DNA of 63,932 nucleotides from Octopus sinensis (taxonomy: Eukaryota). The stretch lies in the NCBI RefSeq assembly GCF_006345805.1, contig NC_043017.1, positions 16,306,069-16,370,000 of the forward strand. Direction: 5' to 3'. Every line of letters starts with the position of its first letter. The stretch's first letter is position 1. Below are positions 1-12,404 of this stretch, piece after piece. The translations under genes were made by a program, and so were the position numbers. The notes under the pieces are model-generated. The model ran no database searches, was not told the origin of the DNA, and saw only the letters and a list, made by a program, of their open reading frames with translations.

Positions 1-149
1 AATATATATATATATAAAGGTACGCAGAGTTAGCGGTTGGAATAACCGTCTAAGGGATAAGAATATCCGTTCTTGTTATCAGTATCATTTACCTGTGCTA
101 TCTCTGGGCATGGGTATGCAAGCACACTATGCTCATAGGGTACAGGTAA

Positions 150-662
150 TCTATATATATAAAACTGTAGTTGTGTGAGTGTCTGTCCCCTTCGATTTAG
201 ATTCCTAACTACTCCCACATTTTGCGGTGCAGTTTAACCAAATTCGGGTATCTTATAGTCGTGATTCATATCGAGCCCGTCTGAGTATTAGCGCGCGTCT
301 ACGATGAGTCTACGATTTAAAAAATAATTTAACATCATTTTTTATTCCATTCTAATGCATAATTTTTCATGTGTCAATGGCGGCGGAGTTGGCGTCCATG
401 GTCACACCTGCACCTGTTTGCTTCTCCCCCTTCTTCCCTCCCTCGTGAAGCTGTGGGGAAGGGAGTGTAAGGAAATCAACGTCGTAAAGCGTTGTCAAGG
501 AGACCAGCGTTCTTTTAGAACAACGACTTCATGGCTTGAAGACACCAAAACAGAAATGGCTAAGAAAGCCCAAATTGGCATCTATAAGGGAAGTAACTCT
601 CTAAAAATGCTTATATAGTTATTTCCCTTACAAACCCGAGCAACGCCGGGCGATACTGCTAG
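150..662 (+). mobile_element. Non-autonomous Helitron, family A copy 1
   Basis: Starts TCTATATATAT, ends with CCCG-agcaacgc-CGGG hairpin then CTAG, sits between A149 and T663 with no TSD. Two more copies at 5744 and 12405. Confidence 0.85.
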
Positions 663-787
663 TAATTGAATAAACAAAAGTTTATCAGGAATCAAAATTT
701 ACACAAGCAGAAAATGGAGAAAACAAATTGATCGGTTAATTATTTTTCTTTTAATACAAAGCATAACATTACATTACATGACATTTT

Positions 788-898
788 TTACGGCCGTTTC
801 GGCTGCCAATGTCAATCGGTGCTTACAAAGAAAATACCGAAAATAATATTCGCCATCTTTATAGCACATTCGATCTAGGACATGGAGCTTCATCAGAG
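788..898 (-). ncRNA. Degenerate hammerhead-like motif
   Basis: Minus strand reads CTGATGA (890-896), ~80-nt insert, GAAA, palindrome ACGGCCGT, then A. Helix I barely pairs and the helix II base is mismatched. Confidence 0.3.
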
Positions 899-1664
899 TG
901 AATACAAATGCGTAAAATAAAATAAACGAGGGAAGAGGAAAGAAGTGGGCCTTGGGATGAGGCCAGAAGGTTCAATATATTAGAATCATACCATTTTGCA
1001 GTGTGAAACTTGAAGTCGATAGGCAAAAGAGTGAACTAGCAAATGAACTACAGAAATAATTTATGGGTTATTTCTTTATGTAGGGGTATCAGAGTGTATA
1101 AATAGTAGTAGAATAAAACTAATGCTAAAGTAAAACAGGAATCGCCAATATGTCTAGAACAAGAATAGTACTTATGATTTCGTAAATAGAGCAAATTAAT
1201 ATTTATCCAAAACCAAACCCGTAGAGTTTTTATAATGGTGCACTTACTGAAATATTCTAGAGACCAATCACCTGTTGTCCGTAATGGAATTGATCAAAGT
1301 CCAGCCAGACCGTTACAGGGGTAGCCGTAAATAAAGACGAAAATGAACCAGTAAATAAAAAGGTATCGGGGAGAAGACTATGTTATAAGCGGCCCGAGGC
1401 TGCTTATGCCCCTCTACACCATCTCAACATAACATAAAATAGAAATAAAGTAAGTACTAGCAATCAATACGGCCAAAAACTTTTTAACAGTTAAGGGGAG
1501 ACTACTGATAGGGAGCTGAATACTAATAGAAATTACCTTCGAAATATAATGCTAAACCTGACATCTTAAATAGCCAGCATACTTCCAAGTGGTGATTACA
1601 AGATGTAAATGTCTACACGTTACTGAGTGCATTCTGCCTCTTAGACAACCACTTGAAGGTTTAT

Positions 1665-1825
1665 CTTACTCCAGCCCACTCAGTTGGCCAAAATGAGTTA
1701 TAGCTGTAATTCAAAGGCACCAACCTTGTCATATTCTGTGTGAGGTTGAATCTCCCCGAGAACTACATTAATGATATGCATGCCTGTGGATTACTCAGCC
1801 ATTTGCGAGTTAATTTTATCCTCGT
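1665..1825 (+). mobile_element. Diverged SINE fragment (family C)
   Basis: Similar to the reverse complement of 40180-40418 (ctccagcccactcagttggccaaaatgagt ... ccccgagaactac ... ctcagccatttgc). Confidence 0.55.
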
Positions 1826-2392
1826 TTGGTAATGAACAGTGAAATTGTCATCCTATATTTTATGTGTCTATGTATCTATGTACCAACTTTTCTTTCGATC
1901 TATGTATCTACTGTCTCTCTCACTTTCTCTCTTTCTCTTTCACTTCCTCTGTGTCCCTCCTCTCTCCCGTTTTTAATTAAACAACGTGTGCATGTATCTG
2001 CGTGTCAAATTTTCTTTCGATCTATGTATCTACTTTTCTTGCGATGTAATAAACATTTAGAAACACAAAACGAACGCCATCACCACTCACTGTTTCTTTC
2101 ACTCTCTCTCTCTCTCTCTCTCTCACTGTATCTTTCACTCGCATTCTCTCTTTCTTTCTCACTCTCTCTTTCTCTCTTACTTCCTCTCTGTCCTCTCCCT
2201 CGCTTTGCCACTGACTTCTTCCTTTGAAGTAAGTGTGACACACACCACAGATGCGTACAAAAAGAACAAGTTGGTGTATTAATATTATTAATAAATGTAA
2301 CTATGTCTAATATAAATGTGTAAGCGTTTGTAAAGTATTTCATTGTTTTAGGTAAATTTTAAAATAAAATATTTTAACCTTTTTCAGGTTTC

Positions 2393-4357
2393 ATGAGGAA
2401 AAAAGTGAAAGAAATGAATAAAAAAGCAATAATTCCTATTCTGTGTTTGGGTACCACAATTTCCATATTTATTATACGGAGTTTTAACCTGAATAAGGAA
2501 AACATGCAATTGATAGAAATGGAAATTAACAAAGGATTCTTGGTTGATTCGAAAATGTGCAGGATACCAAATATTGATCCATTCGACATTTCCGTGCGTA
2601 AATATTTCTCGATAAGTAAATGGCGACCCTGTCCAGGTAAAGCTTCTTTGACGTACCAAGAGGATAATGTTTTGAGAATTAATAAAGCTGTTATCATACA
2701 AAGGTATAAAAACAATTTCCATTCATGCAAAGTATATCCAATAGTAAGGAATGATACTGACGATGATCATGTCGACTACCTGAAGGAATCTTTACTGTTT
2801 AAATCAGATGTGAATATAACTGATGAATTTATTAGAGTTCAATGTTTTAATAGAAACAATAAAACAATTTACACAAATTTCCACGCCTTTGTCCAGATGA
2901 AAGAATTACGGCCTAAGGATACGAAACCATATAATACTGGTTACGATGGCATATACTCTTCAAAAGATTCTATGAAAAACATTGATTTTTCAAACTTTGC
3001 AGAAAACAAGCTTTCACTGAATGTTCTTTTAATTGGAATTGATTCAGTTTCGCGATTGAATTTCATACGACAAATGCCGTTAACTCGTCAGTTTTTATTA
3101 AAGCATGGCGCTATTGAAATGTTAGGTTACAACAAAGTGGGTGATAATACATTTCCCAATATCATACCATTTCTTACTGGGAAATACCTAGAAGAACTAC
3201 CTGAATCAAAGAAACTGGAACGGGAGCCATTTGATAAATACGATATAATTTGGAAACATTATAATAAATCCGGGTACGTTACTATGTTTGCAGAAGATTC
3301 AACATCTGGAGCAATATTTAACCACTTGAGGTACGGTTTTAAGAAACAACCGACTGACCATTATTTGAGACCATTTGCACTAGCAAGAGAGAAAGCAAAA
3401 TCTCTTTGGTCAAATAATAATTTTTGCTTTGGTAATCGAATGGAACCAGCTATAGTTCTACAATACACACATGATTTTATCAGAGTCTACAAGGATAAGC
3501 CATATTTCACTTTTACATTTATCACACGTATTTCACATGATGACATGAATATGGCTGGTCGTGGAGATTTTGAATATCTGAGGTTCCTTAAGAAATCCTT
3601 TAATCAAAACCTACTAAACAATACTATTTTGTTTTTCTTTTCTGATCATGGAATTAGATTTGGCTTATTTCGTAAGACTTATGTTGGTCGACTAGAAGAA
3701 CGACTGCCTGCTATGTATATCCTTCCACCTGAATGGTTCAGAGACAAATTTCCGACATTATGGAATAACCTCAAAGTAAACACTCACCGATTGACAACAC
3801 CATTCGATATCTATGAAACCCTACAAGATATTTTGGATATCGAAAAAACAGCAGAACGTTCTAAATCTAATGAAATTGACTACAACAATCTCAAACGAAT
3901 CAGCCTGTTCAGAGAGATACCTTTAAATCGTTCTTGTGAGGCAGCACATATTAAACCACACTGGTGTACATGTCACCTCTTTAATCCACTTGCTCTTAAT
4001 GATAGCATTGTAATTAACGTAACTAATTACCTCGTGAATTATATAAACAACATGACATCAAATTCTAGTAAAGTGTGTGCCAGGTTAAAATTACAGGAAA
4101 TCAAAAATGCTGAAATTTCAGTGATGAATGACCAGGTACTTTCCTATTTAGGCAAAGGAGTTCAGACTTATAAGGATTACCGAATTATTATGCAAACACT
4201 TCCCGGTGAAGGTTTGTTTGAAGGAACAGTAAGATATTACAGTGACAATGAGCAGTTTTCATTGTTGGGGGAAATTAGTCGAATAAATCGCTATGGACAT
4301 CAATCTGAGTGTGTTCATGACTTTATCCTCAGGAAATATTGCTACTGTAACAAATAG
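2393..4357 (+). CDS. DUF229-family protein 1 (654 aa), AP/sulfatase-fold type II membrane protein, single coding exon
   Basis: Uninterrupted ORF with N-terminal hydrophobic anchor. Motifs GIDSVSRLNF, GYNKVGDNTFPN, SHDD, FFSDHGIRFG, GRLEERLP, C-x2-A-x-I-x2-HWC-x-C and terminal YCYC. Acceptor ttttcag ends at 2387, 5 nt before the ATG. Paralog at 42762. Confidence 0.9.
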   Translation: MRKKVKEMNKKAIIPILCLGTTISIFIIRSFNLNKENMQLIEMEINKGFLVDSKMCRIPNIDPFDISVRKYFSISKWRPCPGKASLTYQEDNVLRINKAVIIQRYKNNFHSCKVYPIVRNDTDDDHVDYLKESLLFKSDVNITDEFIRVQCFNRNNKTIYTNFHAFVQMKELRPKDTKPYNTGYDGIYSSKDSMKNIDFSNFAENKLSLNVLLIGIDSVSRLNFIRQMPLTRQFLLKHGAIEMLGYNKVGDNTFPNIIPFLTGKYLEELPESKKLEREPFDKYDIIWKHYNKSGYVTMFAEDSTSGAIFNHLRYGFKKQPTDHYLRPFALAREKAKSLWSNNNFCFGNRMEPAIVLQYTHDFIRVYKDKPYFTFTFITRISHDDMNMAGRGDFEYLRFLKKSFNQNLLNNTILFFFSDHGIRFGLFRKTYVGRLEERLPAMYILPPEWFRDKFPTLWNNLKVNTHRLTTPFDIYETLQDILDIEKTAERSKSNEIDYNNLKRISLFREIPLNRSCEAAHIKPHWCTCHLFNPLALNDSIVINVTNYLVNYINNMTSNSSKVCARLKLQEIKNAEISVMNDQVLSYLGKGVQTYKDYRIIMQTLPGEGLFEGTVRYYSDNEQFSLLGEISRINRYGHQSECVHDFILRKYCYCNK

Positions 4358-5510
4358 CATTCTTTAGTCCTGTTTTCGCAATGTCTAATTATATTAGAAC
4401 ACATCAAACTACTTAAGCTGTTTTTTGTATTTGATGGTCTCTGTATTTACAATACCTAACATGTTTGATGCGAAACTGTTTACATTTTATTGTGGAAACC
4501 GTCGAACGTATTAGAAGTTGATGCAACATTGCACACGAATTATAGGATTTCGTAAATGTGTATTTTTTTATATTAACATCGCAGCTGAAATCGCTGTATC
4601 GCAGACGCATCGAATACTATTACGTTAAAGGTTGAACACAAGCAGTCATGTGTGAGTTGTCTACAATAGATCATCCAATCGAGAGACAGCAAAACGTTAC
4701 TCCTTCCCTCTCTCCGTGCGTGCATATTTTGTATATGCGCTCAAGCACGTGGTTTGTGTGTCTGTTTAAAGCTGAAAAATAAATATTCACTAAATGTTTC
4801 TAAACTTTAGTTTATTTGTAATTAGTTGATTAGTCCCTTCGTCAAAATTCGGAGTCTCACGTAAGTATACATATGTACACTTTTTTCACACCATTTCCCA
4901 CAATATTTCCATAACTGAAGCAGAGTACTGAGTGCATTTTTTTTTCTTTTGTATAATAAAAATGTTATTCTCACCCTACTCTTATTAATCTCTGTCTATG
5001 AAGCAAGAATAATGAGTTTAATATAGAGAAACATCGGTACCTTTTCTCTTTGAAGAACAATCAAATTGCATTCCAGAAACTTTATAACATTCTTTTGTCA
5101 GTTTGTAGTAGAAAACTGAGCAGACAACCTCGTTATCTCCAAACCTTCCATCACTATTAAAGATCAAAAGGCATTTCCCGGCACAGTTTCAATTGCAGGT
5201 TAATAAACCGGATGCAAATAGCTTTAAATTCAGATTATTGCAAAGCACCCTTGCTTTTTAGTGATTTCATAGTATAAAAACTAACCTTTCTGCCCATTCA
5301 CCCAATGAATGAATTTTTAAAAATCTATTTCCCATCAAATCCCTTCTCCTTGGACATCAGGACATAATTTGATACGATACATAGAAAATAATGCACACAC
5401 ACAAATGCGTGCGCACTCACACACATAATTACAAATTAAAAGCAGCTCTGGTAATGTCTACATTGCCGTTTGCTCATATATAATAGTGTATGTATTTTGT
5501 TTATATGTTG

Positions 5511-6520
5511 AGGGGTAGCGTCTGGGGAACATTCCTTATACGATGCCGAAGGTTAAAGGACACCGAGTGTCCCAGACCAGGCAAGGCAACTCGCCCCGAA
5601 AGGATCGAGAATGGAAGATACGGGTATTTCACCAATTTTGTGGCTTATCATTGCAATGTACTCAGATCACCTCAGAACGAAACGATTGTTTGTATGTTAT
5701 TATTGAGTGAAGTTTATTTGCTGATGTACTGCGGCGTAGCACATCTATATATATAAAACTGTAGTTGTGTGAGTGTCTGTCCCCTTCGATTTAGATTCCT
5801 AACTACTCCCACATTTTGCGGTGCAGTTTAACCAAATTCGGGTATCTTATAGTCGTGATTCATATCGAGCCCGTCTGGCTATTAGCGCGCGTCTACGATG
5901 AGTCTACGATTTTAAAAATAATTTAACATCAATTTTTATTCCATTTTAATGCACATTTTTTCGTGTGTCGATGGCGGCGGAGTTGGCGTCCACGCTCACG
6001 CCTGCACCTGTTTGCTTCTCCCCCTTCTTCTCTCCCTTGTGAAGCTGTGGGGAAGGGAGTGTAAGGAAATCAACGTCGTAATGCGTTGTCAAGGAGACCA
6101 GCGTTCTTTTAGAACAACGACTTCATGGCTTGAAGACACTGAGTCAACGATTTAAAAAAAAAATTATCATCATTTTTTATTCCATTTTTAATGCATTTTT
6201 TTGCTATAACTCTCTAAAAATGCTTATATAGTTATTTCCCTTACAAACCCGAGCAACGCCGGGCGATACTGCTAGTATGAAATAAAATTAAATTACGCAC
6301 GTAAAGCAATATCGGTTGCACATGTGTTTTGTTTAAACGGCCATTTGCTGCGGGATAGCATCCTGGCAAAGGTCCCTATACGACACTGTTAAAGAACATC
6401 GCGTGTCCCAGACCAGGCGAGACAACCCGTCCCGAAGTGATCGACAATGGTATATATTGACATTTCGCCATTATCGAGGCTCCTCAATGTGTTTGGATCA
6501 CCTCGAAACGAAAGGAATCG
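5511..6520 (+). repeat. Pair of diverged ~180-bp direct repeats (5511-5690, 6349-6520) split by a Helitron
   Basis: Shared anchor gtgtcccagaccaggc at 5567 and 6403, with colinear similarity on both sides. Confidence 0.7.
5744..6275 (+). mobile_element. Non-autonomous Helitron, family A copy 2
   Basis: TC start, same 3' hairpin and CTAG, A5743^T6276 site, close match to 150-662. Confidence 0.85.
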
Positions 6521-6849
6521 CTGGTCTGGGACATGTTATATAACTGTTCAACATTTGGTAGATCGAGGCAAATTTCTACTGCGTCACCTGCTACGCCTCC
6601 GTGTTGCTGGGGGTGTGTGCAGCATTGTGTGTTCTTTTCTGATGTTGGGAGTGTGCGGACTCTTCTCGGTGCTGTGTTGTGTTAGTCTTTTCCCCCTTGA
6701 GGTGTGGTGCCGTCTTTTGTTCTATTCTGTGTTGAGTGTGTAATGCTCTGGTTTTTCTAGCCTGCTGGTGGATTTTATTTCACTGGGCACACGCTGTATA
6801 GAGTGTGTCTTGTAGGTTGTTTTGTTTAGGTTGTATTATTGGATTGCTA

Positions 6850-7540
6850 GTGTCTTGCGTAGGATGTTCCTTGCAGTGCTATGTTTTAGACAGTGTGTAG
6901 TGTTGAAGATCCAGGTATAGCTTCTACATTTTTGTTCATTTGATTCTTTATCATGCCCAATGCTCCAATTATTATTGGCATTGGTTTTACCCTCTTGCCA
7001 CACATTTTAATACTTCAATTTTGTGGTCTTTGTATTTCGACAATTTCTCCACTTCTTTTTTGACAATAGTTTGGTGACTAGGGACTGCAATGTCAATCAG
7101 TAAGTAGATGTTTTTTTCCCTAATCCTTGACAATTATGTCTGGGCGATTCTGGGCGATTAGCTTTTATTTCTTTGTCGGTTTGAACCGGCAAATCACAGA
7201 TGATCTTTGTCTTGTACCTTGCTTGGCACATGTTTATACCACCTGCTGTCAGTTTTGATGTTGTAATGTTGGCATATTGTCCAGTGGATATAATTGCTTG
7301 CTTTGCCGTGTCTGTATACATATTCAGATTTGGTAAGGACTGGACAGCCCGAGATAATGTGGTCAACTGTCTCATTGTGCTGGCTGCACATTCTGCATTT
7401 GGTGTTGTAACTTGTTTTCATTATTTTGGTTTTATAATTGTGTGTAATCAGGCATTACAAACATTACAAAAAATCCAGAGATCATTCTCAAATAATTTTC
7501 AGTTCCTTTACTGATCATTTCAAGTGTTCCTACAATCACT
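6850..7540 (-). mobile_element. Degenerate R4/Dong-clade (RLE) LINE, C-terminal fragment
   Basis: CRMCSQHNETVDHIISGCPVL zinc knuckle, DLPVQTDKEIKANRP endonuclease motif, IIIGALGMIK; frameshifted. Confidence 0.8.
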
Positions 7541-8149
7541 GGTATTGTAACCGTCTTGAGATGTTTGGTCTTATTAAATGTTGTTTAGCTTTGACTTTTG
7601 TCTTGTACCCGAGATAATAATAAATATGTGAGGGTTGGAGTTAAAACTATTCCTGCCTCAGGGCTTGCAAATTCCAAGTTCATATCATACGAATAAAAAG
7701 AAGAAAATGTCGTTTTGTGCAATGAAGAAAGAAGTCATTTTGTGCAATGTTGTTTGGGGGGAGTTGAGTGACAAATAAAATGGGACGAATTTTCATTATG
7801 GGCGACGGACACAAGCTTGTCTCCACATGAATCTTAGTCTCTCAAGCGTAAACCATTGGAAAATAGATAAGAGTGGCTTGTGTAAATGTGGGAATTTTTG
7901 AGTGACGAGCACGTACTCACCAACTACTCTACCCCCTCAGCTTGGAGTACAGATAGACATGTCGATGAAATAAAGTCCTTAGTTTGATACATCAGAGTAA
8001 AGGCTACAAACAATATATAATGCAAAATAAAAAAAAAAACGAACTATGAATTTTGCAAGAAAGGCAAACTGTTAGAAGACCAATCTAAAATGGGATGGTA
8101 CGTGTGTGGTATTGCTGACTATGACATTAAATATCGCTGACCATATTTT

Positions 8150-8465
8150 ACCATGTAAAGAGCTGACCTCGTATGAGGTACACGGAGAGGAAGGCGGAAT
8201 AAAGATGGCAGAGCTGACAATTACCTGAGAGGTGAAAACCAATGGCGAGTTTGATTTGGGACGATGGAAGGTACATCAAGCTGGCAAAATACGGGATGAA
8301 AAACAACATGCTCTCCTGTGGGAGTGAATGTTAGAAAATTTGTTAGAACCAGGGCTGAGTCGATGCGGAGAAGCTTTGTAAAGCGGCAAAAGAAAGAAAG
8401 AAACTTTCAATGAAATTGTCAGCAACCGCAGAGAAAGCAAATCATTGTATATGGCTCATGAGATA
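8150..8465 (+). mobile_element. Old RLE-type (HERO/NeSL-like) LINE C-terminus remnant
   Basis: Ends LSMKLSATAEKANHCIWLMR-stop, resembling the C-terminal A-E-x-A-x3-I-W-L-x-R of these elements; heavily decayed. Confidence 0.35.
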
Positions 8466-8701
8466 AGATTTAATGTATTTAGTACAGCGAGGAACTTCTG
8501 ATCTGTAACAGCTGGCTTTAAGGTTGACAGTGACAAATGGCTGAAAGTCATGACGTCTGACTGTGTAAAAAGTATCGTCACCTTTATTTATGGGTGATCC
8601 TGAGTAGTTTTGATGAAATCTCTACATCTGCATTCTTCGGAGACGAAATACAATACAAATACGATTGATACGGAAGACGGAGTGTAACTAGAAGCTATAT
8701 T

Positions 8702-8807
8702 GGCACAACAATCGTTTCGGCTTCATTCTGCAGTGCTCCCTCGTTGGTGCGGGACGATGTAATGACATCAGATGCAACGCACAGTGAAGTAAACCTCATC
8801 AGGTGAC
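8702..8807 (-). ncRNA. Degenerate type I hammerhead with large helix-II insert
   Basis: Minus strand: GTCAC-CTGATGA-GGTTT...AAGCC-GAAA-CGATTG-T-T-GTGCC. Same flanks as the 47081 motif; two mismatches. Confidence 0.5.
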
Positions 8808-9183
8808 GTAACATGCTTCAAAAGTTAACAGATTTACATTTTCTTTTCGCTCCAAGTTATATGCTGGTGGTGAGTTGCTCGCAGTTCAGATACATTTCGG
8901 TTAAGTGAGGAAGATGTAGTCAGGAAGAAACTAGAAAAATAAATCACAAGAATCTAATGTAAATAGGGATGAGGGGGTGTTTATAGTTGTGGTCAAGAAG
9001 CGGTTGTTAAAAAATAGAAGAAAAAATAATAAAAATAAAATACACAGAATTGAAGGTTAACGGAGGTGTGTATGAAGGAGGGTGTTTATGGCATTGGATC
9101 GAACAGCTTTAGCGTGTGGAGGCAGTCAAGCGCGATGGCGTGGTCGAGAATTTGGTGGGTGTGTGATTCCAGTCTTATATGAA

Positions 9184-9414
9184 GGCGGCGAGCTGGCAGA
9201 AACGTTAGCACGCTGGGCGAAATGCGTAGCCGTATTTCGTCTGCCGTTACGTTGTGAGTTCAAATTCCGCCGAGGTCGACTTTGCCTTTCATCCTTTCGG
9301 GGTCGATAAATTAAGTACCAGTTGCGCACTGGGGTCGATGTAATCGACTTGATCCCTTTGTCTGTCCTTGTTTGTCCCCACTATGTTTAGCCCCTTGTGG
9401 GTAATAAAGAAATA
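9184..9414 (+). mobile_element. tRNA-derived SINE family A, monomer
   Basis: A-box-like GGCGAGCTGGCAGAAACGTTAGC, B-box-like GAGTTCAAATTCC, tail AATAAAGAAATA; many copies in the window. Confidence 0.9.
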
Positions 9415-10299
9415 TATAAATATAAATATACATACATACTTACACATACAACAGTGATATAAAAATTACACATTCACACTAACTCAGAGTATAGCAATTT
9501 ACATTTGTAATCATTGATCTAGAATCTGGCAAATAGAGTAACAGGCAATAGCTTTCCAATTGATGACAGTATAATATATAAAAGATGAGGAAACGAAAAA
9601 TCGCACACACACACACATACACACAAACACACAAACAAGTACAAACATGCACATTTAGATAAAGGTTTAAAGTGACACGTACACTCGAATGCAAGAACGG
9701 TACATTGTTTCACATTTGTAATCTTCGATTTTAGTTGTAGCTAACACAATTAGTCATGCAAATTACTAATTCATGAAAAAGGACTTGGAGACAAAGATAC
9801 ATACACACAAGTTCAGGTACAGGCATGCGCATGTACATGCATACACATATATAGAGAGGCTGATGTAAACTCTCTCAAACACGACAGAGAAGTACTCTGG
9901 CACTCATTTTAACGTAATGTATATCCACGCGCAGAACGTCGCTAACTGTGGTATTTTGTCTCAGAAAATTTCTCCTGGGAAACTTTGAGTATTATAAAAC
10001 AGAGTTCACTGAGAATGATGCCAGTGCATTATCAGATACCAGTCCTTCAGCATTATTTGGCCTCCGCAGTGGTTGAACATCACAGGACATTCTGAGGTAA
10101 GTCGGAACCTTCGTTGCAATATAGAAATTAGTAAACAAGACATTCATTGATTTGTATGAAAGCTTGCCTTCGTACTTCGAACAGCATTATATTAAAATAA
10201 CAATAGTCGTAACATTTAAAGTGTATATAAAAAGTAGCTGTAATATTCTGTTACAGAGAAGTTACCTCTGGTTGCAGAGAAGACGTGGTCTAAAATGAA

Positions 10300-10640
10300 A
10301 CAGAAGTTGAAATTCTTAATAATCTTTTCACCCGAATCGCAACGTCTAGAAAACACATAACCGGACACATACAATATTCCACACTGCGCCGATCTTAGGA
10401 CACTTGAAGTCAGACAGTTGGTGGGAATCTTCTCAAATTTATGGCAATTATCTCTGATAAAACTCTGTCAGCTGGACCCCGCTAAAATAGTTATGTCCCT
10501 CCATGTCCATCACAAGAAAAACGCAATGTGCATTTTGGAATCCTGAAGTATTCCCTTGTTGCTACAGATCCATAAGCCTTTGCTAAATCTAACTACAAAA
10601 CATTCAGCATATCCTTCTTTTCACATTCAATGGTTTTCCC
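10300..10640 (-). mobile_element. Decayed non-LTR reverse transcriptase fragment
   Basis: Minus strand 10563-10589 encodes DLAKAYGSV, the RT D-x-x-x-A-Y/F-x-S-V motif; flanks contain stops and frameshifts. Confidence 0.5.
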
Positions 10641-11581
10641 CTCAGCCAGATATTTTGGCATTACATAATTTCTGGACTGGGCTGTCAATATAGTCTTTGT
10701 TTTTCTCTCTTTCTCTCTCTCATAAATTTATTTGTGAAAGTGTGTTGTTCATAGGCTCTCTTTTCTTTTATACATTCATTTTTATTTTTGCAATCAAGGT
10801 GTGTGTCCTATGAATCTTTTTATCTTAATTTTAGTTATAGCAAGGTATAGCAACTGACATACTTGCTGTGTGATTGGCCCTGGGCCAATTCTTCAACGCT
10901 AAACACGAAGTTTGCATTGTCAGAGTTAAGGTGCTTGCTGTAAGGCAAGGAGGAACAAAAGCGGCTCGTGGGCCCGTGTGGCAGAAGTGCAACGTTGCAT
11001 CGAAGCCATGATTCGGTCTTTAGTGGACAAAATGGGCGCATGGTACTTGAGGTCAAGCAGATGTTTGAGGAACGAGATTTTTTATGTATGTTCGTATTTC
11101 AATAAATACCTCCTGTCAGAATTTAAAAGTCGACCAATGGACACTCAGTAAACGATTAACATCTGGTTTACGTTTGCTTGACATCGAATTATCGTAACGT
11201 TGGTTATCTCCCCTGTGAGAGTGTCTTTAATCTTTTCGTCCATCCAAGACACCGTTCTTTCATTTTTATTGTCATCACCTTGTTTCTGACATTGTCTGGA
11301 CTGTCCTGATAGTACTTTTGTTTAGAAACATCCCCCGTTTTGCAGAGAGTGCATATCAATATTTTTTTTTATATATTCGCCAACTATCGGAGAAAGCAAA
11401 TATTTTGCTATTTTCCAAATAATTTGAAGCATGGCTGAGAAAGAAGTAATCATAATGTTCGACGACGCGTTCTCGTCGGAGAAAAAGAATACTGGCGTAG
11501 CTTTAACAACAGTAAAGGACATCGCCGCCACGCCAGCGAAAGTAAAAACCGAGCTTAATACACTTTCGTCTCTAAGCTTAT

Positions 11582-11648
11582 TAGTCTGCTTAAGCTCGTG
11601 CTGTTCAGGGATAGAAGTAAGATGAACTACACGAGCTTAAGCAGACTA
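11582..11648. repeat. Perfect 19-bp inverted repeat forming a 67-nt hairpin
   Basis: tagtctgcttaagctcgtg (11582-11600) pairs with cacgagcttaagcagacta (11630-11648), plus inner gttca/tgaac pairing. Confidence 0.9.
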
Positions 11649-12404
11649 CTATGGTCCCTTAAAGATTGAAACCAGAGCTTTACCACAGAGTAGGAGATAA
11701 TTAGTATGGCTAAGCTGTATGGAAGAGGGGTAAATAAATGTTATGTATGGAAGAACTGTATCAAATCTTTACATCGAGACACAAATTACTTAATAGCAAG
11801 CTGGAACCGATCCTAAGATTCTTGCATAAACATAACAAGACTTTTAAGAAATTTAACACACGTTCTAGATAACTGAGTAGTAAAGATAAAAGCACAACTC
11901 CCCAAATACATAGTCTCTTTTTCAGTCAATCAAGTATATATTCCTTTACCTTTCAACGACTCAGCATAGTTAACACCACAGCTACGAAAATATCTGAATA
12001 ACTTAGAAGATAACACGGAACTGAACCACCCGACAATAATATACAAGAACTATACTTAAAAGCAAGCTTATTAAGTACAAAGTACCCAACTACTACAATA
12101 TACCAAGAAACCCGCGAAAATAGTAACATAAACTTTGGTCCAATTAAATAGAACCTTGACTTCGGCCAGCAACAGGTGTGAAACCGAGGTCAACCACACA
12201 AGTTTACAAACAGATCAGATTTTAGATTCAAACCAATTTCACCCCACTTCTTGAACCAGTAAACAACTAATTGAATTCAGGTGGCTTAGAGCCAAGCTGG
12301 TTCAAAGACCCTGGACAGAAAACTATGCCCGGTTGTATATGCAACTGCATGTACTCTTTGCCGTGAAGGTCGTCGTAACCATAAAAAGGACATTCCGTAT
12401 GACA

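Noticed and set aside
355-618. 87-aa ORF, repeated at 5949-6155
   Set aside because: Internal to non-autonomous Helitrons, the C-termini differ between copies, and there is no recognisable domain.
9184-9270. tRNA genes at SINE heads (also 15691 and 51715)
   Set aside because: A/B-box-like motifs are present but no complete cloverleaf is evident, and they continue into SINE bodies with TSDs.
9965-10096. Candidate non-coding exon (AG...GTAAGT); similar donors at 2229, 4861 and 63012
   Set aside because: All three frames are closed, and GTAAGT is expected many times by chance in 64 kb of AT-rich DNA; unsupported without RNA data.
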